Assembly (NCBI GenBank): GCA_008632985.1
Contig: QPGO01000138.1
Coordinates: 62,001 to 126,000 of the forward strand
Length of the DNA: 64,000 nt
DNA from: Psammoneis japonica
Lineage: Eukaryota
Reading direction: 5' to 3'
Shown here: piece after piece, positions 22,255 through 34,884 of the stretch
How positions within the stretch are numbered: position 1 is the stretch's first letter
Layout: each line of letters opens with the position of its first letter
Translations under genes and position numbers: made by a program
Notes under the pieces: generated by a model
Seen by the model: only the letters and a program-made list of their open reading frames with translations
The model's database searches: none
Told to the model about the DNA's origin: nothing

Positions 22255-25200
22255 CTATTTCTCAATCACTATGCATGCACCTGGTGGTTGAGGAGGAGCA
22301 ATATTTGAGGACGTGACGGTCGCCGGTGACAGATTTGGGCTTCCCTTGTTGCTAATTGCACGAGCCCGAGATCCTCCGCCGTGCGTCCGACAAAGTTGTA
22401 GCTTGCCAATAGCTACGCGATTGCAACCCTCCAACTTGCACCGTATACCACCCCCATGCTGGGAAAACAGGGAAAAGAGCAACGTGAGGGAACTGCAAAG
22501 TAGAACACGGACAAGACGCAACGAACGTATCATGAGCTTACCGAAGCGCAAAACATTGTTCGACCGCGAGCAACTTTCTCACAATTGGCATGGGCGCACT
22601 TTTTACCACCTCCATGCTTAACACAAAATTTAGTAGAAGACTGAGCTGATTTGTTGCAGCCTTCCACTGAGCAACGGCGGCCACCTCCGTGACTTGTGCA
22701 CAAATTTGATCCGCCAACAGCTGATTTCGTACATCCCACATGAGTGCAACGTTTTCCGCCCCCGTGACTATAAAAACAAGAAGTAACCAGAATAAGATGG
22801 GTTGCAAGGAAAAGACACCGGTATTTCGATCAAGGAAAACTTACGCAGCGCAAAAGAACTTGTCCCGTGCCCCTTTGTCGCACCCAGGATAGGTGCAACG
22901 CCGTCCACCTCCATGTGCAATGCAGAACCGAGTTGATCCCTGGGCACATTTTGTGCATCCAGCATGCTCACACGATCGATTCCCACTGTGCCTCAAACAA
23001 TACGGCCTTCGTGATACGGCTACCTCGTTGCAACCTTGGATACGACAAGGCTTTCCGGTTCCAGCGGCTGGAGCAGCTACACCTGTACTAGTAGACGCGG
23101 TTGTTGGTGCGCCAAACTTCCTAGACAACGACTGGTCGGGGAAAATCATATGCTCCTGCCCAGCTGTAGGGACAAGGATGGCTCCGGCTTGCGAAGAGGA
23201 ATGGACCTGGTAAGGAACACTCGGCGGTACAACTGCAGTAAGCGAGTCAGACTCTGAATGCTCTGGTTCGACGTGTTCAAAAATGGGTTGGTGGAGCCAA
23301 GGGGAAGGCAAAGAGGCTGTGCAACAAAACTATTGCTCTGAATACCTTGCTGAGTAGACAGAGGATTCTGCTGTTGAGGTGCAGTAGGAACAAATGTTTG
23401 TTGGTGCAGGGGTTGAGATTGGAACGACGCCCCTGCAAGTTCCCTTGCTGCGGGTGCTGGGTGTAGAGCGGGGGCTCCGGAGATGGCGATGGTGAGTAGA
23501 CATGAGCCCTCTTTGTTCCCTGCTCATTTGTAACAACGTGGTGATGACCAGACCAGGGCACTGCTTCTCCAATGGATCGAAAGGCATTTTGTAAGTGGTA
23601 CTGTAACGCAGCTGTCTGCTCATTGCTTACTCCTTGTATCAGTTGCCCGTTCGCCTCAACCCCTCCCGCAGGGATCTGCACCGGGGTAGGATCGTCAGTC
23701 ACGTCTGAAGCAGAGAAAGCACGATCGGAACTCATTCCAAGCGACTCAAGCTGATACGAGAGCGAAGAGCTCCTATCGCGAATATTTGCAGATGCAGATG
23801 AGTTCAGAGACGGCAGGGACTTTTCCTTCAACAGAAAGGAGGAAAAGAATGTCAATAAAAAAGATGATGCCCGAGAAACATTGTTACAAAGCACTTACAG
23901 GAGACGTAGTCATCGCATCGTGTGGTCGTTTCTTCTTTGTCAGAAACTCTTGTTGCATTTCAAGTCAGCAGCCATTTCACCCAAATCCGCGGGACCAACG
24001 CCCTTCCATATTGTCTTTCCAACGCTTTCATGCGGCACCACTTGTTCCAGACCATCCCAAAGCAAGCGTAGCGCTTGCTGTACGAACCGCAATACGAATG
24101 GTACCGAGTCTGTTCGAACCAGAGAATAACAGCATAGGACACAACTCGGAGACAGAGTTCCAGCAGATATAATCGGAACAGCCAGAGCCGTTTGTATCTG
24201 TGCACTCTTGAAAGCAGAAGCACGTTCGGTGTCAACAATCACGTCCGAGTTGGCGCTCCAAACGGGGTTACCCGAGGCAAAAGCTCTACCCACTGCGCCG
24301 GACCACATTTTGATTTTGGTGTATCCCGATACTCTTTTGAAATTGTTCAGGTTGTCATTGTTTCTCGTGCTAGTTACCGACGTCACATGCCGCAGCGTGT
24401 TGATTGAATCCGAAGAGGTCGGAACCCATACGTCAGCTGCATCAAACACTGACATTCCCAAAAACGCAGAACAAAATTCCTCTAGTCTCACTCGTTTTGA
24501 AGGAGATATATTGGGTTGCTGTGGAAGAGACGCTAGCGTTTCGGGAAGAGAATGTCTCGATGCATCTGCAACATCCGCCCTAGAGTCTAGAAGAACGTCC
24601 TCCAAGGCTGATGTGGTGGGAATAGGGGGCGCTGATGCACGTCCCTCCACAGATGTCTCCATAATTGTTGTCCATACCCCATACGATGCTTCGTCAAACG
24701 CATCAGAACCAGTGGCCGCTGGTACAAGAGCGCACCACCCGGCGGGTCTGCATCTGACGAGACGGTGTTTCCAAGTTCAGCAAAGGAAGGCAACATTGGT
24801 ATCCCAAAACAATCCTTTGGAGCATCAGAGAGTTTATGATCCTAACGGAAGTGATCAATATCGAGTAAGAACATGTCACTTTGAAGGAAGCCACACTTGT
24901 TTTTCGGTGACTACACCTGCACTTACAGTGTGAATCTCCGCCCATGGATCGATCGTCCCATCATATTCTGTCGCGCTCTCTAGTGGTACAAAGCGAGTGG
25001 TCACGCCTTCGCCCAAATTCTGCATTGTAACTTGATGAGCTAGATCCCTTTCGCTGCTATTCATGAGACTGTTGTCCGAGCGGCATCTGTTCAACGGTTT
25101 GATCGAGGGGTGCTTCTCATCAAAGACAGGGAGCAAGCACGGAATTGAGGACGATGTTGCGCTCCTACTGATAAACTGAAGATACTCCATTGCTTCGTCT

Positions 25201-25979
25201 GTACTCTGAACATTGTTTGGTGAGAACATCACAACAACACACATGTTTCCCTTATCGTCCATGGCTACAGGCATTCCAACAGCAGTCTGCAATCGCACAT
25301 CAGATCGTCCCAGAAGTCCTTCTTGCTTTTGACAATTGGCCCAGATAACCTCGGTCGAATTGGAAATGGCGTCAACCAACTGAGGAGAGAGCGCATGTTT
25401 TTTTAAGTCTTCTGTTGAGTTTCGTCGTCGCAGTGGCTGAAAACGATTGTCTTCTGAAGGCGGGCTGAGGAGCTTTGACCGTTGGTCAGCATAGGAGCGC
25501 GATGTGTAGAGCTGCACAAACCGAAGCTTTTTTGATTTCGACTGCACGACATCCGAACTGGAACCAGCGTCTCTTTCTTCTGTAAAAAAGTGAAAATCAA
25601 AAACGAAAGAGCGGCGACGGCATCAGAACGCCATGGTGAGATTCAAAAGGATGAAACGAGTGGGCGACACATCAGGACACGTGTACTAGCATGTGACGCA
25701 ATGTCAGAAAGCAGTTCGCGCAAATCCATAAGTAAATTTGAACAAATCCGTGTACACGTCACGCGCCGTGATTTTCCACCAATCAAAACGCACGTTTTCA
25801 ATTAGGGTTCCACTTCCCTCCGAGGGAACGGAAGATTGTGAAGCGATGCGAATCAACGTACCGATTGCTGCAACTGTCGAAACCCCGCTCTGATTTGATG
25901 TCCACCACACCTCGCCAATGTCAAAGCCAAGACCCGCACATGCGACTTGTAGGTAAGAATGAACGCGTTCAGGGTCCAT
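22255..25979 (-). CDS. Multi-exon protein: N-terminal NIN/NLP-type GAF-like region plus C-terminal WRKY19-like C-x4-C...C-x2-HGGG zinc-finger repeats
   Basis: GFDIGEVWW, FDAADVWVP, GAVGRAFASGNPVW, IQTALAVPI (GAF-like); CEHAGCTKCAQGSTRFCIAHGGGRRC-type repeats over several exons; some frameshifts; exon boundaries not all resolved. Confidence 0.8.
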
Positions 25980-26289
25980 TTTGTCGCAACAAGCAACGCG
26001 ATCGTGTGAGGCAAACTTCGAGAAGAAAATTTTGCTGAATGCTGGATGGCGCAGATTGCAGGGATCGCGGTTCGCACGTTTTGGTAGTCATTTGCGTAAG
26101 ATTCTACATGCGAAATATGTACGTGAGAATCTAGTACCCAGCGCCATGTACAGTACATACCGGTACTGTAGTCACATGCTTCACGTTTAGGCATTCGGAC
26201 TATTTAGACACAAAACTGACACGCACGCACAAGAGAGCAGCACGACTTGGATCAGCACCACCGCGATGAAACCGCTAAGTGCACTGGCT

Positions 26290-28540
26290 CACATGCTGTG
26301 GTGATACAAGTGAAGAAAATATTTCTAGAAGTGTGGTGATTGACGTGAACCTTTCAATCTTCAGTTTGCCCCATGGTCTGACTCTCTCTCTCTCTCTCTC
26401 AAGAGCAAGGAGAGGAGAAGCAAGGAGAAGCGGTGCTGCCACTTGACAACAGGCTGGCTGGCCAACTTGATGTTGCCGCTGTTCTTTGCAGGCTGCTTGG
26501 TGTGGACAGCACACCTTTGATCTGGCTCTTGGTGTGTGTGTGTGTGTGCTGGGAATGTGCTTTGCAGCATGATGTGGTGATGACAGGCTTGATCATGTTC
26601 TTTTTTTCAACTGGTGCAGGAGAGGGCGGGGTGTGTGTGTTTTTCTCCTCTTTGCATTTGAAAATGAATGTGCGATGACATGATTGCAGCAACACAATGC
26701 AGGGTGCCACCAAAGAGCAAGAAAACATGGTGCAAAGCTTTTGAAAAACAGGTCTCTGAGTCGGGTGCTGTGTGCAGTGACCAAGCATGTCAAGAAAGTG
26801 TTGGCCACCTCTCTCTGTTTGCCTCAGATGAGATGTCATGACAAAAACAGTGCACACCACAGGCATCACAACAAGGAAGAAGAACACAGCAGAGATCTGG
26901 TCACTGGTTTTGGGTTCATTCAGAAAAGCATCAGTGTGTCTGACTCTGCATGTGTCCTGCCCATTCAGCAGCAAAAAAGAGTGTTGCTGCTGACAATGAC
27001 GAGCAAAGAAAAGAGCCCCACACAAACAGACACAGACAGGTCAGCAATGCTTTGTTTGCAACAGCTTTGACATTTGCACTGCTGTGGATGCTTTGCTGCT
27101 GATGCTGTGGCCAAGAAACAGGGAACAAATCTGTGGATCTGGCTCATCCATTTTGTTCCCTGGCACTGTGTGAGCAGACCATCTGGCTGCCAATGCCTTC
27201 TGCAAAGCACAGTGTGCATGCCAATGCCATCAGAGACATTGCAGCCAACTAGAAAAAAGGAAAACAGGGTTTAAACCACAACTCACAACCCCAAGAAAAT
27301 GGTGACAAGGAAACTTGCACATCTGCAGAAGTGGGTGTGAACACACTGTGAGCCAGTGCAAATCCCTTCAGCCAGCGGTGTCAAGAAAATTGGTGACTGA
27401 ACAGCCAGCTCCAACTGCAAAGGTTGAACACAACAAAAGAAGATTGAACACACACACAAGTGCAGGCAAGCAATGTGAAACTTTGAATTTTGAAAATTTT
27501 CAAAATTTGGAAAAGGTGTTGCATGACCGCACAGTGGTCGTCCAGAGCTCTCTGCTGGTGATCTGTGAAGAGGGCAGAGTTCCTCAAGTGTGCCACAAAA
27601 GTCACAAGCTTCCATTGCAAGAGCAGTTGGATGGACTCTCTGGGCTAAAACTCATTTGGTGGAGCATCGTGCAAGCTCCAACATGGAGAGAGCAGGAAAA
27701 CCATCAGTCAATGAACTTTTTGTCCTTGACCAGATGGAGCTGGTGGAGCTTTGTGGGAACTTCACACATGTGCTTTTCAATTTCTCAGGAAGTGATCAAC
27801 TTGACATCACCACCAGCTGTCTCGCAGAGGTGCCATGGGGTTGTTGCATCCAATTCCCTGCAAATGTGAACAAAGCACATTTGGCAACATGGCACGCTCT
27901 GGTTTGACCAAGTCAAGACCTCCTTCCCAAAGATTCAAAGTGAAGAGCTTCTCTTTGCCATGATTGCCACTCTCTCAAGTGCCCCAAACAACCCACACCT
28001 TGGCAACAGATTCAACTGGTGAGTGGACAAAACAACATCCATGCCACTGAGATGTTGGCAATTGATGCCAGCCAGCAACAATGCACCACGTCTCTGATGC
28101 CACAAACAGGGGTGAAAAAAATTCAGATGCTAGTCCAGCCTCTATGGCAAATGCTTTTTTTTTGTGTGTTGCATGACTTTGAGTTGTTCTCTGAACCTCT
28201 ACAATGTGCCCACAGGACCAGATTTGGAGCTTCCAGCCACACCCACCATGACAAAGATTACATCTGTGTTGTTGAGTGAATGTGTTCATGTTGAATTCTA
28301 GAATCATGTGCTATGGGAATCATGCCATGCTCAGAAGGAGAACAACATTTTGATGTGTGCGGTGTTTTCAGTGTTTCAAAAGCCACTGGCAGATCTCGAT
28401 GGCTGGCTGGAGTCTCCAGCTAGAAACCCTTGTAAGAGAACACACATCAGCGACAACCGAGAAGCTGAAGCTAAAGAGAAATGAGGGCAAGATGAGGTTG
28501 GAAAGGATGGTGTGCCACTGTCATTAATGAAGCTTGTCAT
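26290..28540. other. Hypermutated domain C (CpG/TpA-depleted)
   Basis: TG/CA-rich and nearly TA/CG-free; includes (CT)n at ~26382-26400 and (GT)n at ~26532-26548. Confidence 0.8.
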
Positions 28541-28865
28541 TTGTTTTTCAGAATCTATATTTTTCGTTACTGGGAATTGGTCTCTCGAGCACCACACAGT
28601 TTCTAGTTTTCCACATCACTGTCCATTGTAACTTGAGATTGCGTAAGTACCTGTGCTCACGCGTTACTTGTACGGACCACGGTACTGCGTTGTCAACCTA
28701 AAATAACGAACCATGAATCATAACGTGTTGTGCTATTAGTGAGGAATTATAGTCGACTGAGGGTGTAGTCGCGAAATACGGGAACGTGATAAACCACCGG
28801 GACAGCTCATTGCCAAGGATCATCTATGAATGCCTTGGCACTCCATTGCCAGGCATCTCGTCACT
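28085..28865 (+). repeat. Dispersed repeat, copy 2 (homologous to 3775-4610); right half retains TA and CG
   Basis: Collinear with copy 1, e.g. attatagtcga (28746) vs attgtggttga (4471). Confidence 0.9.
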
Positions 28866-29869
28866 GGGACAGGAATCTACACTCCCAGCGGTAGCACCTG
28901 TCGCAGAGACACTGTTGCTTGGATGCATCCCCTCGACCTCATCGCCCTGAGACAGAGCGGAAGATGCTCCATTAGAAATGCGAGAGAGTCCAGCACGAGG
29001 ACGTTCACTCCAAAGGTGGTCATCGTCGCCCTCACTGGACAAGTCTGAAACCGATTCATCATCTTTACGGCGGTAGTCCAATAGAACTTGATCGGAAAGG
29101 CCATCCACAAACGCAGCCGCTCCTCTGTCGCCAATCCACTTCTGGAGTTTAAGTCTGCAGAACACCCTCACATCAGGTAAATCACCGGGAGTCAGCAGCA
29201 AATGATGTATGCTTTCTTTTTGCTTTTCGGTGAGACCGTCCAAGAGACATCTCAGCGGATCTACATGAAGAGGCAACGCAAAGCAAACACACGTGTGAGA
29301 ACACGACCACACAACACAACCTATGAACGGACAACCCGCTCTTGCGTTTACTACTTACCGGGAAGGGGGCGTTGATAAATGCTATTTGGAACCTCCATCA
29401 TGAAGGGAAAGTGAAAAAAAGTGAGTTTTTGTCTTTCGAAACTGACGCCGATTCTACAACGGTCAAATTTTGATTTTTACAGCCCAGCGGCAAACCACTC
29501 ACCCGTTTCCTCCTTCTCCTCTGCTTCTTCCAGTTGAATACCTTTACGGTTCGAGCAGTCGGGCACACCGATGGGTCAGTGATGATGAGAGTATCATTCT
29601 CGGGGATCAAACGTAGGAGATTTGTTGTTGTCATTCTTGTTCTTGTCATCGTACTAACATGCGGGTGCTGGGGCTTTCAGCTTTCGCGGGAACGACGATC
29701 GAGCGACGACCATAAAGGAATCCTGGAAACCACACGAGCCTCAGAGGGCAAGGCAAACCACGCAAGTAATAGCTGCGTAGAGTCTCGCGAGAAACAAATA
29801 ATCACCGTCGGTCGAGCTTTGTTAACAGTAGTACGAACCGTGACAACCTGTCGCCGTTTTGAATTGGCT

Positions 29870-29897
29870 GCTCCGTGCTCCGTGCTCCGTGCTCCGT
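29870..29897 (+). repeat. Tandem heptamer (GCTCCGT)4
   Basis: Directly visible perfect repeat. Confidence 0.9.
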
Positions 29898-30230
29898 TGC
29901 CGTTGCTGGTCTTGCTGGTCCAGGTTGCTGGTGGGTGTCGCCACAACATACATGCAACATGCAACACGCAGTGACGGTCTGTCTGTACGATTGATTTACG
30001 TATATTTTGTAATTTCGTCCGTCCCTACCACCTCCAGCCCGATCCAAAATCTTATTTTGGTCTGTCTCTCCATCAGGAGCTCCTCGGTTTCCTTTCACGC
30101 CGAAACCCGAAACGCGAACATTCGCGAACAACCATGAACACACACCAACTGCGTTCATTGAACCCCGGCTGCACCATGACGCATGCATTTATATCGAACG
30201 CAAAAGGATCCATCTCATTTACTTCTAGTA

Positions 30231-30602
30231 ATGTCGGCTTGTGACAACATTGAGTCGCCCAAGTCTTCTTCTTTTGCTCCTCTTCCGGATCCGCCGTATT
30301 ATGCTGTGATTTTCACGTCTCAGCGCAGCAACAACGACCATCAGTGTTATTCTGTTATGGCCAATCAAATGGTGAAAATGGCAAGGGATCATTCGGGATT
30401 CATTGGTATGGAAAGCACGCGGGATTCGAACGGTTTTGGAATTACCGTCAGCTATTGGCGTGACGAAGAATCGGTTCTGGAATGGAAGGCAAACGCCAAG
30501 CATCTTGTGGCCCAACAGCTCGGAAAGGAATATTGGTACACGCATTACACACTACGAGTATCAAAAGTTGAACGGCACTATGAAGGACCCATGGGTCGTT
30601 AG
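30231..30602 (+). CDS. Antibiotic biosynthesis monooxygenase (ABM; HmoA/YqjZ-like), intronless
   Basis: PPYYAVIFTSQR...GFIGMESTRD..GFGITVSYW..EES...WK....H..AQ..GK..WY..Y.LRV.KVER.Y matches the bacterial ABM subfamily pattern. Confidence 0.88.
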   Translation: MSACDNIESPKSSSFAPLPDPPYYAVIFTSQRSNNDHQCYSVMANQMVKMARDHSGFIGMESTRDSNGFGITVSYWRDEESVLEWKANAKHLVAQQLGKEYWYTHYTLRVSKVERHYEGPMGR

Positions 30603-30739
30603 GAGAGTTCATGTCTTGTGTGAGAGACAAGCAACATCATGTTCACGAGCAAGGTGGGAAAACCGCGTGCAATGAACCCTGGAACCCTGGAAGCTTTACA
30701 GTACAAGTTTTCTATTTTTTGAAAGCCATCGAACAGTGA

Positions 30740-33700
30740 CAGATTGATTCCCTATTTTGCTTTTGAGCTCGCACAAATCTAGAAAGCAAGTGACTGCCAT
30801 GCACCGTGCTGTTACTTTGTTTGAAACATGCGTGTTCCATCTTGTGTTGCAACAGGAAATTGCAGCGCAGTTGCCGCATTGCCTTCCACACATCAACCCC
30901 CCCCGCAGCACCTTCCTGTCTCACCATTGCGCGATGACTACAAATTCGTTCACCTTCCTGTCTCACCATTGCGCTAGTAGTAGTGACTGCAAATTTGATC
31001 GCATCCACCAGCATCGAAGGATTTTCGGCGTGTGAGCTCTCACCTGCGCGCCAAAATGAGCAATTCGTACAGTACAATGCATGTGAATCATCAACATGCA
31101 CAAGCCACGAATGACTCGAGGTCGGATGCCAAGGTCAAAAAATGCCAATTGAAAACCCAACCCAACCCATCTCTTTCTTTTGCTGCAATGACGAACTTTT
31201 GTGTCATTGTTGCTGTGCACTGGTGTGTCGCCATGCAGAAATGAGCTTTAAGCAGAAAGCAGGGAGTTGAGTGACAAGGGAGTCAGGTGGAATGGAAATT
31301 GAAGGTGGCAGAGTCACGTGGGATTTCTTGCAGGGTTTTGGGGCACAGGGTTCCTTGCAGGGTTGCAGGGTTTTGGGGTGAAAAAGGATGGACCGACAAC
31401 CTTGCTGGAGCCAACAGAGTTTCCAAGGCAGCCATCAATGTGCAAAAGAAAGTTTTCAAAGGAGAGAAGGGATGAAAGAAAACAAAGAAGGAAGGGGAGG
31501 TTTGCTGTCAGCAGCACAATCAGCTCTTGTGTGCAAGTGCTCTTTCTTCTCTCCTGTTTTGTTGCAGTGTGAGTGCAAGCAAATCAACGATGTTGTGGTC
31601 AGCTGGAACTCAGCAGCCACATGTCATGCTGGGCAGTGAGTTGTTTCAAGAAGACAAAAGCTGAGATGAAGCCAACAACTCATGGTGCTGCACATTGTGA
31701 AACTCTGCAGAGTTGCAATGGAAAACACCAATGAAGATCCTGTCTTTCCCAAGAAGCCTGCCTTGGAAAGGTGCCCCACATCAGCAAATGAGCACGCAAG
31801 CAAAACAAGACATCTTGAAGCCAGCATTTCAATCAAGAAGCTTTTTGAAGACTCCAGCAGAGCAGGCACAATGATGATGAGTGCCAGCTTCATTTTGACA
31901 CCCAGGGTGTGTCAGTGCAAAAAAAGTGCCGCAAGAAGGCACTCAAGCAGTTTTGGAGTCACTTGCTGGGGTGACAAAGAACAGACACTGGCGCAGTGGC
32001 TTGAAAGGATCACTGGCACATGCGCTGCACTTTGCATTTGCCAAAGGTCAAATGGTGCTGTGAAGGGCCCATGTGATTCACCAGAGGAGAGTTGATGTTT
32101 TTGTGAGACAAAAAGAGTGTGCAGAGTGAAAAATGCCACTCACAGCAGATTGTGACAGAGCAAAATCATGTGGTGGCTGATTGACCAAGGCCCCATGGCA
32201 CCACAACTTCTCTGCAACTCTGCATTTTTGCCACATCCAAAGTCCACAACAGCCACAGCCCTGCCAACCTTTCACACTGGCCTCACATCAAAAAGTGTGA
32301 GTGCACGGGGCAGCAAACTTGACCCACATGATGCATCAACAACATGGCAAAAAGACTTGAATGTGTGGCAGATTTGGCAGGCTTGTTTGTGCATGGTTTG
32401 CTTTTAGAGCAGGGGGTCAAAGTGGCCCATGAAATGCACAAAAAGGCTTTTCATTTGATTGAAAGTTTCTGAAACATCACCCCACAAGTGCACTGCCATG
32501 ATTGGGCTAAACAAAAAGAGAAATGACACCTGCAAACTGAGCAAAATGTTTTTGTTCTAACAACTTTGTCTTTGTTCTCAGAAAGATGAAAGCAACTGCT
32601 GCTGCCATGTGCAGTCAATGTTGTGGCAGACGTGCTGTTGTGGGGAGCAATGATGTGCAACAATCTCAGACATGGGTGCTGCACAAAAAATGTGACACAA
32701 ATTTAATGCTTTTTTTTACAACCACACAGAATGGATGGCAAAAATGCTTTGGCAAAGTTGGAAAATTGTTGGCATGTGACTTGCCGCAATGCAAACATTT
32801 CCAGAAAACCAACAATGATGTTGATGACAAAAGCTGTGATGCTTTGTCAAAGTGCACAGGACCACCTCAATGTTGCACTTCTAAATCTGCCTTGCCAAGA
32901 GAATGAATTGCAGCAGCAACAAAAAGGATCAGTGACATGGGCTTCTGATTTGCACACTCCAATCTCTGTCAAAAAGTGGCATGACTTCCCAATCCAAGAG
33001 GTGACACACCACAATCAACACACAACAATGGACTGCTGAGCCAAAACAGAAAGAAACAATGCAGCTGCAAGCACAAGGCATGAGCAACACAAGCCTGCTC
33101 TGAAGAAATGAGTGGATTTGCTTCTGATGTGTTTTTGTGTGGGACTGTGAGCTGGTCAATTTCAACAGCAACAGCCAACATCTTTCCAGCAAAACAAAAG
33201 GGCTCATGTGTTCTCATTCAAATGCTGTGCAACACCTGGACAGAACATGTGGTGGAAGCAATGCTGATGCAGGAGGCATTGATTGTGCAGCAAGCTCTCT
33301 GAGGAGAACCCCAGCACCTGCAAAGCATTGCATTGCCAAGATCTGTAGATTCAGCATGCATCTTAGAGCTCCCTTTGTGTTTGAGAAAGGAAGGTGTCCT
33401 TCTTTTGATGATGCTGGTCTTAAAAACATTTCTCTTGAGCTGCAAGCATTGGCTGTGGGAAGTGTTCATCACTTGAGTAGAGCAGCCAGCCTTTCATGCG
33501 ACAATCTGGATCTCTGAAATATTTTTTTCAGAGCAGAGAGAATCTCAGGCATGCCAAAATTGTCCATTTTGGCCACTTTGAATTCTTGGATGACACTGTG
33601 AGCTGCGGAAGGCTGCGGCAAAGCACCTGAAGTCCCTCTTGAAACTTCCGGGTGAACTGGGTTGATTTGGCAAAGGAGCTGTCTTAGATTTGGCATGCTG

Positions 33701-34470
33701 TGGTGGTGTTTTGGCATTCTGCAAAGTGTCCGATGCAGTGGCTTGCAGAGTCAAGTGTCGTTGAGGCTGCCAAACCCAAATTTCAGCTCTCCAATCATTG
33801 AAGAGATTTGAGTGTCTGCTTGGTGTGCATTGCAGTCTGCTGTGTGTCATTTTCATTGGTTTGAGGTGTTCAGGCCAGTGCAAATCAGCCCAAGCAGTTT
33901 TGTGCAAGTGGCTCTGGCACTGCATGTCCAGAATGGAGGTGCACCATCTGTCTTTGCATTGCCCCACTTGGTCCACTGAGCTTGTGTCCTTTGTGTCCCT
34001 TGTTGTTGGAGAACTTCTCATGCCAACCTCAGCCAGCCCTGCAGCAAACTCACTTCTGCTGCTTTGTCATCTTCCAGCAGCTTCTTGCACACACCACCAC
34101 TTGTTGTTCCAGTCATCCTGCTGTCTCTTTGTGTTTGAGCTGTGCAGTCTCTGGAAGCACTCTCTGTTGTGGAGTGCATTGCTGCTGTCTCCCATTGACC
34201 CCCCCCCCCCCCCCAAGCAGCGTTGGAGAGAGAGGCTTGAGACCAGTGAGCCACATGGCACATGGCAGATGGCCACTCAACCTCCCTGGCTCCCCTCACA
34301 AAAAAAATCAACACGATTGAGAGGTTGCAGCCCTGCACAGCAAAGAAATGGGTTGTGATTGCTTTTGCAGCATTGGCTGCTGAGCTGTTTCTTGGCAGGA
34401 GAGGGGAGGGGATGCTCTGGCCCCGGCTGCAGGAAGCTTGAGTTTTCCAACTGCTGCACCATCTCTATGG
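30740..34470. other. Hypermutated domain D (CpG/TpA-depleted)
   Basis: TG/CA-rich; includes a 24-bp direct repeat (30909-30932, 30951-30974) and a poly-C tract at ~34199-34214. Confidence 0.85.
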
Positions 34471-34476
34471 CACACA
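34290..34476 (+). pseudogene. Degenerate partial duplicate of the 5' end of the gene at 34885
   Basis: cagcaaagaaatg...gattgcttttgcagcattg...cttggcagg...cccggctgc...ggaagcttgagttttccaactgctgcaccatctc vs gene cagcaaggaaatg...gattgcgcttgcagcattg...cttggtagg...cccggctgc...ggaagcttgagttttccaacttctgcgccgtctc. Confidence 0.85.
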
Positions 34477-34884
34477 AATTATCTACACTGTCTCGATCGC
34501 ATCGGCGGGCACCGGGACATGAAAGCTGAAAGCTGGTGACCTCACGATCGTCTTTGTGGTTGGACGAAACGCGCGACCGTGGTGCGGTGGTGCAGACGTT
34601 ACAGAATTTCGCGCCAGCATGTCAACAAATCATATCATTCAAAAATACATGTGCTTCATTCAGTATCACATTCTTTACATCGTGCCATTTAAACATGTTA
34701 TACGGCTTTAAAAATAAAATATTTCTTAAAACTTTATTCATTAATTTTAACTAACCAAATGATCACGTTGAAGTCGATTTAACCGTTTGTGCGATCAGCG
34801 AGCCAGCAATCGCTAAGCTCCGGTTCCTCACAAAATAACTCTCACAACTCACAATCCATCAAAGGGAGGTAGTCCAGCAAGGAA

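Noticed and set aside
30909..30974. 24-bp direct repeat with an 18-nt spacer as a CRISPR-like array
   Set aside because: Only two units, short spacer, eukaryotic context, no cas genes.
30675..31380. aaccct/agggtt units as a mutated interstitial telomere
   Set aside because: Too few and irregular to distinguish from chance or telobox-like motifs.
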